From the NCBI GenBank assembly GCA_051891435.1, contig JBJFFE010000072.1, positions 8,084 to 72,083 of the forward strand: a stretch of DNA of 64,000 nt, written 5' to 3'. Numbering within the stretch: the stretch's first letter is position 1; every line of letters starts with the position of its first letter. The translations under genes were made by a program, and so were the position numbers. Of the stretch, positions 48,255 to 57,995 are shown one piece after another. The DNA is from Clostridia bacterium (GTDB lineage Bacteria; Bacillota; Clostridia; TANB77; CAG-508). The notes under the pieces were generated by a model, which saw nothing but the letters and a program-made list of their open reading frames with translations, did not search any database and was not told the DNA's origin.

Positions 48255-49091
48255 TTAAATTCCCTCTTTCATTTTTTCAAATTCATTTTTTAATTTTATA
48301 TATTCGTTTAAGTCATCATCAAAATAATAACATTTTAATACTTTATGTACTTCTTCTACATGCCATTGTTTGTAATTTTCTGTATGTGGATATGGTAAAA
48401 ACATAAGTCTTTTACAAAAATGACAAATTATGGTGTCTTTTTTATTAAATTTTGACTGTTCATTAAAAATTCTAGGAAGTATTTTTTTCTTTGTTGTAGA
48501 CCAGAAAATTGCATCTTGGTCTGCAAATAACATTTTTTTAGTTTTTATTAGTGTTCTTGCTTTTTCTAAAAGTTTTGTTTCTTTTATTTTATTCATATTA
48601 AGTAAAAGCATACCAGCATTTATATAGTCTGGTCTTATAATCCAACAACCATACTTTTCTTTTACTGCTGCATATTCATAATCAGTCACATCAATATTAT
48701 ATAATTTTGAAAGATCTCCTCCCACCATTATGTCTATATCTAAGTATAGTAGCTTGTTTGGAATCTCTGGTATTAAGTCTGCTAATAATCTAAGTAAGGT
48801 ATACGGTGTGCAATATGCATTTTCATTAGCACAATTCATAAATTCTTGCTCATATAAGTTTGTTACATCAACTTTAGTTACTTGATTCTCTGAGTTTTTT
48901 GACTTAACAATTTTATTTAAAAAATCAATTTGTTCATCGCGAATAGCTGTATATTCTGGTTTTAATCTTGTCAAATTCATAGTAAAAATGTAACAATTAA
49001 TTGGTTCTTTTGTTCTATTTGTTATAGATATAAGCTGCGTTAATGCTCCGTCAAAAACCTTCTCATTTCCACATAATAATAAATTTATCAT
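48255..49091 (-). CDS. glycosyltransferase family 8
   Basis: DxD (LYLDIDIMV), INAGMLLLNM. Directly abuts the second GT8 gene. Confidence 0.8.
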   Translation of the reverse strand: MINLLLCGNEKVFDGALTQLISITNRTKEPINCYIFTMNLTRLKPEYTAIRDEQIDFLNKIVKSKNSENQVTKVDVTNLYEQEFMNCANENAYCTPYTLLRLLADLIPEIPNKLLYLDIDIMVGGDLSKLYNIDVTDYEYAAVKEKYGCWIIRPDYINAGMLLLNMNKIKETKLLEKARTLIKTKKMLFADQDAIFWSTTKKKILPRIFNEQSKFNKKDTIICHFCKRLMFLPYPHTENYKQWHVEEVHKVLKCYYFDDDLNEYIKLKNEFEKMKEGI

Positions 49092-49238
49092 ATTTTTACT
49101 TCCTATTATTTTACTTTTTTTAAGTTTGCTTAGATATTTTATCGTAAAATATAAAATTTTGCAAGTAGTTTATGAATATTATGGAAAAGTAACATTTTTT
49201 CCTTAATTTAATATGATAATATTAGAACTATAGAAAGG

Positions 49239-49976
49239 ATGATTAAATTTATGAATAATTTTACTCCAATTTTATATACCATTAGACCTGGTGATACATT
49301 ATATAATTTAGCCTTAATATATGGCACGACTGTACAAGAAATAATTGATACAAATTTAGCTTTAGACCCATATAATTTGCGAGTTGGGCAACAAATTTAT
49401 ATCTACCCTCGTTCTAATAATCCATATGATTATTGGGTTAGTATTAATCAAGTTAATTTAATGCAAAATATGGATTTGGCATGGCTTGAACATATTTTAT
49501 GGACACGTTTGTTTTTAATTAGTGTTGCAGAAAATTTGGGTGATTTAGAAGCTACTAAGGCTCGTTTGTTAGAAAACCCTAGAACTATTGCTAATGTTTT
49601 TAGAAAATATTATGGAAATAATATTGCAAATAAAATTGAAGAACTGATAAAAGAGCATTTAATAATTGGTGGAGATTTAATTGTTGCATTAAAAAATGGA
49701 AATCAAAAATTAGCTCAAGAATTAAATACTAAATGGTATAAAAATGCTGATGATATGGCAGAAGCATTTAGTAGTATAAATCCTTTTTATCCAAAAGAAG
49801 AAGTAAGAAATATGTTATATGAACACTTAAGGCTTACAACTAATGAAGTTTCTGCCCGTTTAAAGAAGGATTATGCTGCAGACATTAAAGCTTATGATAT
49901 GGTTCAAAAAGAAGTTTTAAAAATGTCAGAATTTTTTGTAAATGGAATTGTAAAACAATTTCCTAATTTATTTTAG
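49239..49976 (+). CDS. LysM domain protein with helical C-terminal domain of unknown function
   Basis: YTIRPGDTLYNLALIYGTTVQEIIDTNL...LRVGQQIYIYP (LysM); 245 aa. Confidence 0.8.
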   Translation: MIKFMNNFTPILYTIRPGDTLYNLALIYGTTVQEIIDTNLALDPYNLRVGQQIYIYPRSNNPYDYWVSINQVNLMQNMDLAWLEHILWTRLFLISVAENLGDLEATKARLLENPRTIANVFRKYYGNNIANKIEELIKEHLIIGGDLIVALKNGNQKLAQELNTKWYKNADDMAEAFSSINPFYPKEEVRNMLYEHLRLTTNEVSARLKKDYAADIKAYDMVQKEVLKMSEFFVNGIVKQFPNLF

Positions 49977-49981
49977 TTCGC

Positions 49982-50000
49982 GGGCGAACACTGTTCGCCC
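49982..50000 (+). terminator. GC-rich hairpin after the LysM gene
   Basis: GGGCGAACA-c-TGTTCGCCC followed by ATATTTTATTT. Confidence 0.7.
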
Positions 50001-50130
50001 ATATTTTATTTGTAGCACTTTTTTCCAATGAGACCTTTCTAACAAATTACATTAAAAAGCAACCAGTGATTAATTCTGATTGCTTTGTAATGTAATTTAT
50101 TAGAATCGTGAGTGCACGCTTAGAAGTTCA

Positions 50131-50262
50131 TTATTCTGTTTTGTCTTCTACATTTTCATAATATTCTATCCCTAATTTATAGCTTTCTTTTAACTCTTCA
50201 AGATTTTTCTTCACCTTTTGTTTATCTTTATTTGTTAATTGTTTTTTTTGATTATTACCCAA
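50131..50262 (-). CDS. unannotated 43-aa hydrophilic ORF
   Basis: GGAGG RBS 7 nt before TTG. (M)GNNQKKQLTNKDKQKVKKNLEELKESYKLGIEYYENVEDKTE. Followed by a ~19-bp-stem hairpin at about 50043-50100. Confidence 0.4.
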   Translation of the reverse strand: MGNNQKKQLTNKDKQKVKKNLEELKESYKLGIEYYENVEDKTE

Positions 50263-50351
50263 TTTAAAACCTCCTATGAAATTAGATAATAATATTATGT
50301 GTAATTTTTGTAATTTTAAATTATATTTTTAAAATTTTTTAGATGTTTTAA

Positions 50352-51143
50352 TTAATCTACATTAACACCTTTTTCAAGTTGTTTCTTTCCTATAATATAG
50401 TAAAAAGCTATATAAACTATATATATTCCAATACCTACATACATAACAGATTTAATTGCATCTATATTTATTATGTCTGTAGTGTTAATTAAATTCATAA
50501 CACTAGAATTAAATAACCCAAAAACAAAAATGAGTGCTAAAGTAACTACCTGTGTTATCATATATAATGCGAAACCAATTATAATTGTTTTTACCATTTT
50601 ATTTTGATTTGATTTATGACCTAATATTATTCCTGTATATCCAACTAACACTATAAACATTAATTCTAAAAATATTACAAAAGAAACTAATAATAATAAA
50701 TTTAAAACTGTTGTATTATAAGTTGAAGCGGCAAGTTCAAGTAGTTGTTTTAATACTTGCATATTAGCTTCTGAATAATAACATATAAATAAGCAGGCTA
50801 TTATAATAACTGTTGTTGTAAAAATACATATTAATGCAGAAATTACTTTTGAGGCAAATATTGTTTTCTTTTCTATTGGCAAAGTGTGTGTAAGATATGA
50901 TTCATCTTTATATACATTTCTAATAAATCTTGCCCATAATCTCATTAAACAATTAATTAAACTACTTACCATCATACTTATTGCAAATCCAAATACAATT
51001 TGTGCGACCACCGAAAATATAACTGAATTTTTAATCAAGCTTAAACCTCTACCAATAACTGAAAATATAAATGCTAAAATATAAAAGACTACTACTACTT
51101 TATATACCCATTTCAAGTCATATTTTAATACTTTTCCTAACAT
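50352..51143 (-). CDS. ABC transporter permease-like membrane protein
   Basis: Six or more TM helices. 7-nt overlap with the upstream ATPase gene. Confidence 0.7.
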   Translation of the reverse strand: MLGKVLKYDLKWVYKVVVVFYILAFIFSVIGRGLSLIKNSVIFSVVAQIVFGFAISMMVSSLINCLMRLWARFIRNVYKDESYLTHTLPIEKKTIFASKVISALICIFTTTVIIIACLFICYYSEANMQVLKQLLELAASTYNTTVLNLLLLVSFVIFLELMFIVLVGYTGIILGHKSNQNKMVKTIIIGFALYMITQVVTLALIFVFGLFNSSVMNLINTTDIINIDAIKSVMYVGIGIYIVYIAFYYIIGKKQLEKGVNVD

Positions 51144-51832
51144 TTAAAATACCTCCTAAATATCTCATCTATTGATGTTTTTTCTTTGTTTCTTAATTCA
51201 TCTGCTGATGATGTTAAAATTATTTTTCCTTTATCCACGAAAATAACTTCATCTAATATTCTTTCAATATCTGAAATTAAGTGCGTAGATATTATTACAC
51301 TTGCGCCTTCAAAAAAATTAGAAAGTATTGTATCTAATATATAATCTCTTGTTGCAGGATCAACTCCTCCTAATGGTTCATCTAAAATATAAAGTTCTGC
51401 ATTCCTGCTCATTACAAGTATTAATTGAAGTTTTTCTTGCATTCCTTTTGACATTTTTGATATTTTCTTGTTGATGTCTAAATCTAAATCTTTTAATAAG
51501 TTAATTGCTTTTTGAGAATCAAAATTTTTATAAAATTCTTCAAAATATTTGATGACCTGTTTAATTGTCATTTCCTTATCTAAATATGTTCTTTCTGGTA
51601 AATATGATATAATTTCTTTTGATTGTACTCCGGGGATTTCTCCATTAATTAGTATTTCTCCACTTGTAGGCGTTAGTAAGTCATTTATTAGTTTTATTAA
51701 TGTACTTTTTCCTGCCCCATTTTTCCCTAAAAGACCTATTATTTTTCCTCTTGGAATTTTTAAATTAACATCTTGCAATACTGCTTTATTGTCAAATTCT
51801 TTACATAGGTTTTTACATTCTAATAATTCCAT
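51137..51832 (-). CDS. ABC transporter ATP-binding protein
   Basis: Walker A GKNGAGKST, signature MSKGMQEKL, Walker B LYILDEPLGGVD. Confidence 0.92.
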   Translation of the reverse strand: MELLECKNLCKEFDNKAVLQDVNLKIPRGKIIGLLGKNGAGKSTLIKLINDLLTPTSGEILINGEIPGVQSKEIISYLPERTYLDKEMTIKQVIKYFEEFYKNFDSQKAINLLKDLDLDINKKISKMSKGMQEKLQLILVMSRNAELYILDEPLGGVDPATRDYILDTILSNFFEGASVIISTHLISDIERILDEVIFVDKGKIILTSSADELRNKEKTSIDEIFRRYFKC

Positions 51833-51833
51833 T

Positions 51834-52241
51834 TTATTTCCTTCCTCCTAGTTCTTGCAAGTACTCTACTGCTTCTTTGTAGCTTATACCGATATTTTCC
51901 ATATCTTGAAGGTAATTATTTACTTTTTCTTCTGCCAATTCTTTTTTTATTTTTTCAATTAGTTCTTTGTTAGTAGTTACAAATTTTCCATTTGTTCTTT
52001 CAGTATAAATTAAACCCTCATTTTCTAATTCGACCAATGCTTTTTGCATTGTATTAGGATTAACCCTTGCAGTAAGTGCTAGCTCTCTTACCGAAGGAAT
52101 TCTTTCTCCTGGTTTTAACTTATTAGAAATTATCTCAATCCTTAATTTTTCTACTAATTGAACATAAATTGGTCTATCATTATCAAAAATATAATCCACA
52201 ACTTTTTTCCTTTCTATTATTGTATTACTTGCATAATACAA
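51834..52241 (-). CDS. GntR family (YtrA subfamily) transcriptional regulator
   Basis: PIYVQLVEKLRIEIISNKLKPGERIPSVRELALTARVNPNTMQKALVELENEGLIYT. The true start may be GTG at 52199 (AAAGGA upstream). Confidence 0.85.
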   Translation of the reverse strand: MYYASNTIIERKKVVDYIFDNDRPIYVQLVEKLRIEIISNKLKPGERIPSVRELALTARVNPNTMQKALVELENEGLIYTERTNGKFVTTNKELIEKIKKELAEEKVNNYLQDMENIGISYKEAVEYLQELGGRK

Positions 52242-52301
52242 TAATACTATTTCGTATGTTAGTTGTCAATATTTTTTATTAAAATTTTTCCTCAAAATTA
52301 A

Positions 52302-52452
52302 GTTTAAGGCATAATATATTTATTTTTGCAACACCGCGTAAGCGACCAAACGAGCGATTCCGCGAGTGCGATTGGAGCAACCTACTATTAATCTTTATGT
52401 TTGTAGGTTGCGACACACAAGGTGTAAAAAATAAATATATTATGCCTTAAAC
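52302..52452. mobile_element. 151-bp MITE-like element: ~30-bp terminal inverted repeats around a GC-rich core
   Basis: GTTTAAGGCATAATATATTTATTTTT..ACACC (52302-52335) pairs with GGTGT..AAAAATAAATATATTATGCCTTAAAC (52421-52452), 26 bp perfect plus 5. Inner hairpin GCAACCTAC/GTAGGTTGC (52377-52411). Confidence 0.6.
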
Positions 52453-52501
52453 ATAGTTTTATTTTTATTTTTAGTACGCAATCATGCGCCTATTAAATCA
52501 A

Positions 52502-53047
52502 TTATAAAATCTTATTTATATTTCTCATAAATATTATATTTTCTATTATATCCATAACTGAATATACTATCATTATAATTCCTATTGTAACTATTATAGC
52601 ATTAGAATATATGATTACATATAGTCCACATATAAGCATCAGAATAGCTAATATTAGACCGAAAATCCATGATTTACTTCCAATTCTTTTTATTTGAATT
52701 GCTGAATTAATTCTTACAAAAGATGTATATACAATCCAAACTCCTATTATGATTCTAAATACTGAACCTATTATATTCATATATGCCATGGCAACAATTC
52801 CTATAACAATTGAAGTAAGTCCATATATTAAGTCATAATTGAAAAAGTCATTTTCTCTTTTTGTTACAAAATAATTAATTATTTTGTAAATACCTACTAA
52901 AATAAATACCGTTCCCAATACTCCTGAAATGAATTTAACCGTTCCCTCTGGTTTACAAACTAATACAATTCCTAATATTGCAAATATTAATGATTCTAAT
53001 ATTGAAACCCATCCTGTTTTTTTTAATAAATTTTTCAATTTTTCCAT
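52502..53047 (-). CDS. HdeD/DUF308 family membrane protein
   Basis: 181 aa with six TM helices in three repeated pairs, typical of DUF308. Confidence 0.65.
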   Translation of the reverse strand: MEKLKNLLKKTGWVSILESLIFAILGIVLVCKPEGTVKFISGVLGTVFILVGIYKIINYFVTKRENDFFNYDLIYGLTSIVIGIVAMAYMNIIGSVFRIIIGVWIVYTSFVRINSAIQIKRIGSKSWIFGLILAILMLICGLYVIIYSNAIIVTIGIIMIVYSVMDIIENIIFMRNINKIL

Positions 53048-53150
53048 TTTTTTCTACTCCTTTATATTAATTATTTAATTATGAACTTGGTACGAACTTT
53101 TTTATCTGAATTATTAAATTCATTGTGCATTTTTCTTGTTTTAAAATAAA

Positions 53151-54230
53151 TTATCCATTTATATACTCATTTAAGTTTTTTACTTTAAAGTTTAATTCTC
53201 CAAACTTTTCTGTTGTTACATATCCTGGCTCTGCATTTATTGTATCTGGTATTCTATTTACTACTGTTGCACATGTTAATTCTACTGTTGATGGCTTGTC
53301 CACTGTTATTGTTGTTGTTGGTTCTCCCTCTATAGTCCATACATTTCTATCAAATTCCTCTGGTGCATATACTTTTCCAACACATTCTGTTTCTACTACT
53401 ATTCCCTCTTCTGTTTCAGTTGTAACTACTGCACTCATTCCAGTTGCATCTCCTGCTTTTACTGTCATATTTAATGTTGATGAGAAAATATCTTCTTTAT
53501 ATGTTTGTGGTATACATTTTTGAGTTTGACTTTTTATTGTAAGCCCTAATTTTGAGCATAGCCATCCATTTACATTCCACATATATGATGGCATAAAATT
53601 CCCAGCATCAATTAACTTTTGTCTTTCTTCTGCAGATATATTATCTGCTGATGCAATTTTGTTCTCAAATTCTTCTAAAGATAAACCTGCTCCATGTGCT
53701 TCTGCTAAAGCTATTCCATATTCTTCTACGTTGTAACTTGAGCTTCCTTTTATTCTTGTAATTTTTTGAGTAGAACCTGCAATACTTGTCACTAGTTGTC
53801 CCCAGTATATATCTTGGTATCCGCTTCCAGTTATTGTACAATTATTTTGCTTTGCTAGCTCATCTATTTTCTTTACTAAATTAGGATTAGAATTCATTGG
53901 GAAAAAAGCTTCTTCACAAGTTGTTATTGCATTTATTCCTAATTTTGCGCAAAGCATAAGTGGCTCTTCTAGTTCTCCAATTAAACTCCTTGTTGTAACA
54001 ACACAAATATCTGGTTTTGTTTGTTTTAACATTTCTTCAGCATTTTTGGCATCTGTAACTACTACACCTAAATTTTGTCTACCTAAAATCTCTCCAATAT
54101 CTTTTCCTATAACATTAGGGTTTATATCAATAGCTCCAACTATTTCCACCCCTTTTTCTAGCATATATCTCATTGTATATATGCTCATTTTGCCTACACC
54201 ATATTGCACTGCTTTAATTTTCTTGTCCAT
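53151..54230 (-). CDS. NAD(P)-dependent amine dehydrogenase / DapB-like oxidoreductase (2,4-diaminopentanoate-dehydrogenase-like)
   Basis: N-terminal Rossmann IKAVQYGVGKMS...GAIDINP; ~360 aa. Family assignment from memory; no ornithine-fermentation neighbours. Confidence 0.5.
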   Translation of the reverse strand: MDKKIKAVQYGVGKMSIYTMRYMLEKGVEIVGAIDINPNVIGKDIGEILGRQNLGVVVTDAKNAEEMLKQTKPDICVVTTRSLIGELEEPLMLCAKLGINAITTCEEAFFPMNSNPNLVKKIDELAKQNNCTITGSGYQDIYWGQLVTSIAGSTQKITRIKGSSSYNVEEYGIALAEAHGAGLSLEEFENKIASADNISAEERQKLIDAGNFMPSYMWNVNGWLCSKLGLTIKSQTQKCIPQTYKEDIFSSTLNMTVKAGDATGMSAVVTTETEEGIVVETECVGKVYAPEEFDRNVWTIEGEPTTTITVDKPSTVELTCATVVNRIPDTINAEPGYVTTEKFGELNFKVKNLNEYING

Positions 54231-54292
54231 AAAATAACCTCCTTTTAATATTATGTTTCTTAAATAAATTTATATTCAAAATTTGTATAAAT

Positions 54293-55372
54293 TTAAAAAG
54301 CTTCTTCTATAATATTTGCCAAGCATTGCATACTTAACAAACATTCTTCTAATGTATTCCCTGTTGCTCCAACTTCAATTATGAATGCACCTGGAGTAAC
54401 ATGCTGATTGTATCTTGAATTTCTTACTATTATTGGCCTAAATAATCCTGGGTATAATAAATTAGCAGTTTCTTGTATTTTTATAGCTGTTTTTATATTT
54501 TGTCTCCAATTAGGGTGTTCTAATCCACCTCCATCAGTTCCAACTACTAACATCATTTGTGCCACACTCTGCCCATCTATTTTTACAGTTGGTCCATATG
54601 ATGATCCATCTCCCACCGCGTCTCTATGCAAATCGATAACAATTTGTATATCCTGATTTTCATTTAAAATTTCCTGTATTGTTTCCAAAGAACGTTCATA
54701 TGAACCAGAATATGAAGGATAATCATGATATGATGAATCATGTATCACCTCAAAGCCTTTATTAGTTAAAAACTTTGAAAGTTCTTCTCCCACTCTAACT
54801 ACATTATAATTATTGTCTGTTGTTCTGTAATTTCCGGTCATCGTATAATTATATTGCTCACTAGGAGTATAGCTTTCACATGTATGAGTATGATATATTA
54901 ATATTTTTTTAGTATTTGTTAAATTAAAATCTTCTAAAGAAAGGATATCTTCTGTAAGTTCATAATCACTTTGGTTTCTTATTTTCGTTGTGCCTGTTGT
55001 AAAATTAAAATTTTCTTCAATGTTCTTTTCCGATACAGCTTCAATTGTTGCATTTTTGAATATTATTATGTCATTTTCTTCTTTTAGAATTTCTTCTATC
55101 TCTGGTGCAATTTCATTTTCTTCATCCAATGCCATTACTAAGGGAGAAACTGTTTTTAATATTTCCAATGAATCAACTTCATATTTTTCTTCATTGATAT
55201 TGTAGAAAAACCCCGTGTATACACTACTACAGGTCTCAAATGAAAAAACTTTTTGTAAGTTCTTTACATTTGAAATTAAAAATTTAATCAATAAACTTAA
55301 AAATATTATACTAATTATTAATTTTATAAAACTTTTAGAAATTCCTTTTAAATTTATTATTGCAACATTCAT
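54293..55372 (-). CDS. spoIIP: stage II sporulation protein P
   Basis: N-terminal TM helix. ILIYHTHTCESYTPSE and VIDLHRDAV motifs typical of SpoIIP. Confidence 0.85.
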   Translation of the reverse strand: MNVAIINLKGISKSFIKLIISIIFLSLLIKFLISNVKNLQKVFSFETCSSVYTGFFYNINEEKYEVDSLEILKTVSPLVMALDEENEIAPEIEEILKEENDIIIFKNATIEAVSEKNIEENFNFTTGTTKIRNQSDYELTEDILSLEDFNLTNTKKILIYHTHTCESYTPSEQYNYTMTGNYRTTDNNYNVVRVGEELSKFLTNKGFEVIHDSSYHDYPSYSGSYERSLETIQEILNENQDIQIVIDLHRDAVGDGSSYGPTVKIDGQSVAQMMLVVGTDGGGLEHPNWRQNIKTAIKIQETANLLYPGLFRPIIVRNSRYNQHVTPGAFIIEVGATGNTLEECLLSMQCLANIIEEAF

Positions 55373-55450
55373 CTTTTACCTCTTATAAGATTTATTTTAG
55401 GGAGCTTTTCCCTATTTCAATCTTATTCAAGGTAAAAGAAATTATGAAAT

Positions 55451-57577
55451 TTAAGCACTAATTTCTGTTATATCAATTTTTGTTACTTGTTCTTTTGTAG
55501 AATTATCTAGCAAATTAATTATATAGTTAGTAGTAGTTTTTATTTTTATAAGTTCTGTTTTTCTTAAATCGGCTAACATGTGTGTAGAATAATCCATGCC
55601 GATTGGTAATGTTTTATTTCTATTATTAAAAAATATTATATTACTAAAAGCCAAAAGATTTGAATTAGATTTGAAATTTATTTTATATAATTCAATTTTT
55701 TTATTACTTGTAATTAGTTTTTGTGGATTTATTTCAAGTCTAGTTAATTCATTTTTTGGTTTTTTAGTTGTATATAAAGATATAGTGGTATTAATTTTAC
55801 TTTTTTTAAGTGCTTTTTCAATATTTATTACTATGTTTTCTAATTTTTTAGAGTATTCTTCCAAACTTAAATCCTCTGTAATTTCTAAAATACTTTTTAT
55901 ATTTTTTGTTGTTTCTCTATGAGCTAAAATGGCTTCATCAATATTTATTAATTTTTCATTTTCTTTTAATTTTTGTAAATTTTCTGTAGTAATTCTTTCT
56001 TTATTTATAATTGAATTTATATCATCTAATATTTTTGTTTCTGTTAATAGCAAACTATTTTGTTCTTCTTCTGTTAAACTTTTTCTTTGCATAGAATCCA
56101 AATACTTACCAAATTCTACTAAATCTTCTTTTACATTAAAGTTTTTCTCTATACGAGTTTCATTTTCTGCCTGAATTACTCCTTCAGCTAATTGATTTTT
56201 TTCATCTTTATTAGTGAATTTCCAAAATTCGAAAATACTTTTTTTATGAGATTCTATTTCTTTTATATACAAAGTAGCATTCTCTATTTTTTTCTTCAAT
56301 ACTTCGATTTTTACTGTTAAGTTTTGAATATCTAATCTTGTTGTTGCTGCAATAGTTGTTTTTGTTTTTAATTCTTTACAAACATATATTAAATCTTCAA
56401 TACAATCACCATAAGAAGGCTTTATATATCCAGTATCTTCTATTTCCACATTTTCTTCTATTGTATTTTGTTCTTGAACTGATGATTTCTTTTTACTATA
56501 TTTAAAGAAATATTTCACCCTTCCAAAAAATGTTTTTTTACATTCTAAAAAGGTTGATATTTGTTTTTGTTTTTCCAATAATTCTGAATTTAAACTCTTT
56601 TCTTGAAGTTTTAATTTATTTAATTTTTTCGTTAAAGCTATTTGTATATTTTCTATTTCTTCAATACTTTTTAGATTACGTTTTATTTCATTTGAATAAA
56701 ACTCATTTAAATTAGAATTTGTAATCTCATTGTCCTTAAAATAAAAATGTATTGTCCCTTTTTCATCTAATATAATATCAAATTTAAAATAATTAGCTAA
56801 TTCTGTTTGTATATAAAACAGAGTTTTTACAAGATTATAAAAATCTTTTAATGTATTTTCTTCCGTAAAATGCAATTTATAATCACTTTCAATATTTTCG
56901 TATATATCTACTTGTCCAATAATATCTATAGATAAATTATCATTATTATCATAAACTTCATATATCATTGGCCATTTATTTGTAAAATAAAATAAATTAT
57001 TTTCTAATGTATTTATTTTTGATTTTTCAATATAATTATTCTCATAATCTAAATTACATATTGGAACATATATTTTTTCATTAATATCCTCTATTTTCTT
57101 TTTTAGTATATATATGAAAGCCTGTTGTTCTGTTTCCTGTGTAGGCACTATCATATAATATTTATTAGTTCTTTTTATATAATATATTTGCCATAAATAA
57201 TCTTTTGTATACTTAATTTTAATAGGAACATCTTCTTTGAATTTACCTTCAAATTCTTCAATTTCTTTTATATCCTCAATAGAAGCATTTTGTAATAAGT
57301 TTAACAATGTTTCGTATTCTTCTTCATTTTTTTTATTCAAATAGAAGGATAAATCTTTCATGTTTTCAATTTTTTTAGCTGGTTCATCTAATCTTCTTGC
57401 ATTAGTAAGCACTATGTTTATATCTTTTATTGATACATATTTATATATCTTATAATTTTTTTCATTTCTAATTTCTGTAGATTTAATATCTACATCATCT
57501 ACATTAATTATTGATTTTGGTATTTTCTTTAAATTTAAGTTTAAATATTCTAAAACGCTAGTTTTATTTTTTCTCAT
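55451..57577 (-). CDS. hypothetical 708-aa protein with long coiled-coil central region
   Basis: Intact ORF with GGAGAT RBS. Lys/Glu/Asn-rich. No catalytic motif recognised. Confidence 0.6.
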   Translation of the reverse strand: MRKNKTSVLEYLNLNLKKIPKSIINVDDVDIKSTEIRNEKNYKIYKYVSIKDINIVLTNARRLDEPAKKIENMKDLSFYLNKKNEEEYETLLNLLQNASIEDIKEIEEFEGKFKEDVPIKIKYTKDYLWQIYYIKRTNKYYMIVPTQETEQQAFIYILKKKIEDINEKIYVPICNLDYENNYIEKSKINTLENNLFYFTNKWPMIYEVYDNNDNLSIDIIGQVDIYENIESDYKLHFTEENTLKDFYNLVKTLFYIQTELANYFKFDIILDEKGTIHFYFKDNEITNSNLNEFYSNEIKRNLKSIEEIENIQIALTKKLNKLKLQEKSLNSELLEKQKQISTFLECKKTFFGRVKYFFKYSKKKSSVQEQNTIEENVEIEDTGYIKPSYGDCIEDLIYVCKELKTKTTIAATTRLDIQNLTVKIEVLKKKIENATLYIKEIESHKKSIFEFWKFTNKDEKNQLAEGVIQAENETRIEKNFNVKEDLVEFGKYLDSMQRKSLTEEEQNSLLLTETKILDDINSIINKERITTENLQKLKENEKLINIDEAILAHRETTKNIKSILEITEDLSLEEYSKKLENIVINIEKALKKSKINTTISLYTTKKPKNELTRLEINPQKLITSNKKIELYKINFKSNSNLLAFSNIIFFNNRNKTLPIGMDYSTHMLADLRKTELIKIKTTTNYIINLLDNSTKEQVTKIDITEISA

Positions 57578-57679
57578 AAGTTATCTCCTTATATAACAAA
57601 TTATTATTATATTATCACAATTTTTTAATAAAGTATAGTATATAATAAAAAAATAATAAGGCAAGGTTCCCCCCTTGTC

Positions 57680-57832
57680 TTATTTACTTTTTTCTATTAA
57701 ATTAATCGTTTTTTTCGTTATGTATTTATCTAATTTTTGGCTTTGTTTTAAAATAATTTCATAATTTTTATTTTTCTCAATCATTCTGTTTAACTTAATT
57801 TTATTAAATTTAATGAGCCAATCTAATATCAT
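57680..57832 (-). CDS. unannotated Spo0E-family aspartyl-phosphate phosphatase-like protein (50 aa)
   Basis: GGGGG RBS 8 nt before ATG. MILDWLIKFNKIKLNRMIEKNKNYEIILKQSQKLDKYITKKTINLIEKSK contains the Spo0E-type SQxLDxxI motif. Terminator hairpin AAGACAAGG/CCTTGCCTT begins just inside the stop codon. Confidence 0.6.
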   Translation of the reverse strand: MILDWLIKFNKIKLNRMIEKNKNYEIILKQSQKLDKYITKKTINLIEKSK

Positions 57833-57995
57833 ATGGATCGCCCCCACGATGTTATTATAACATATTTATTTATCTTTTTTTGTTGAAACGTGTCGATTAA
57901 ATAAATTTTCTTTAATTTTCTTAGTTTATATGTTATAATTACCTAAATTGTATAATACATAATTAAAAAATTTTATATGTTTGTGGGAGGATTTT

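Noticed and set aside
49982-50000. CGAACACTGTTCG resembling a LexA box
   Set aside because: The spacer is 3 nt rather than 4. It forms the stem of the terminator directly after a stop codon, and no promoter is nearby.
53125-53523. 132-aa plus-strand ORF
   Set aside because: Antisense to the dehydrogenase gene 53151..54230. No RBS; biased composition.
57981-57995. Upstream TTG start for pncB. Similar extended starts were seen for rho (10708), yebC (27278), the GNAT gene (18607) and the FTR-like gene (7372).
   Set aside because: In each case an internal ATG is preceded by a much better Shine-Dalgarno sequence and matches the usual family N-terminus.
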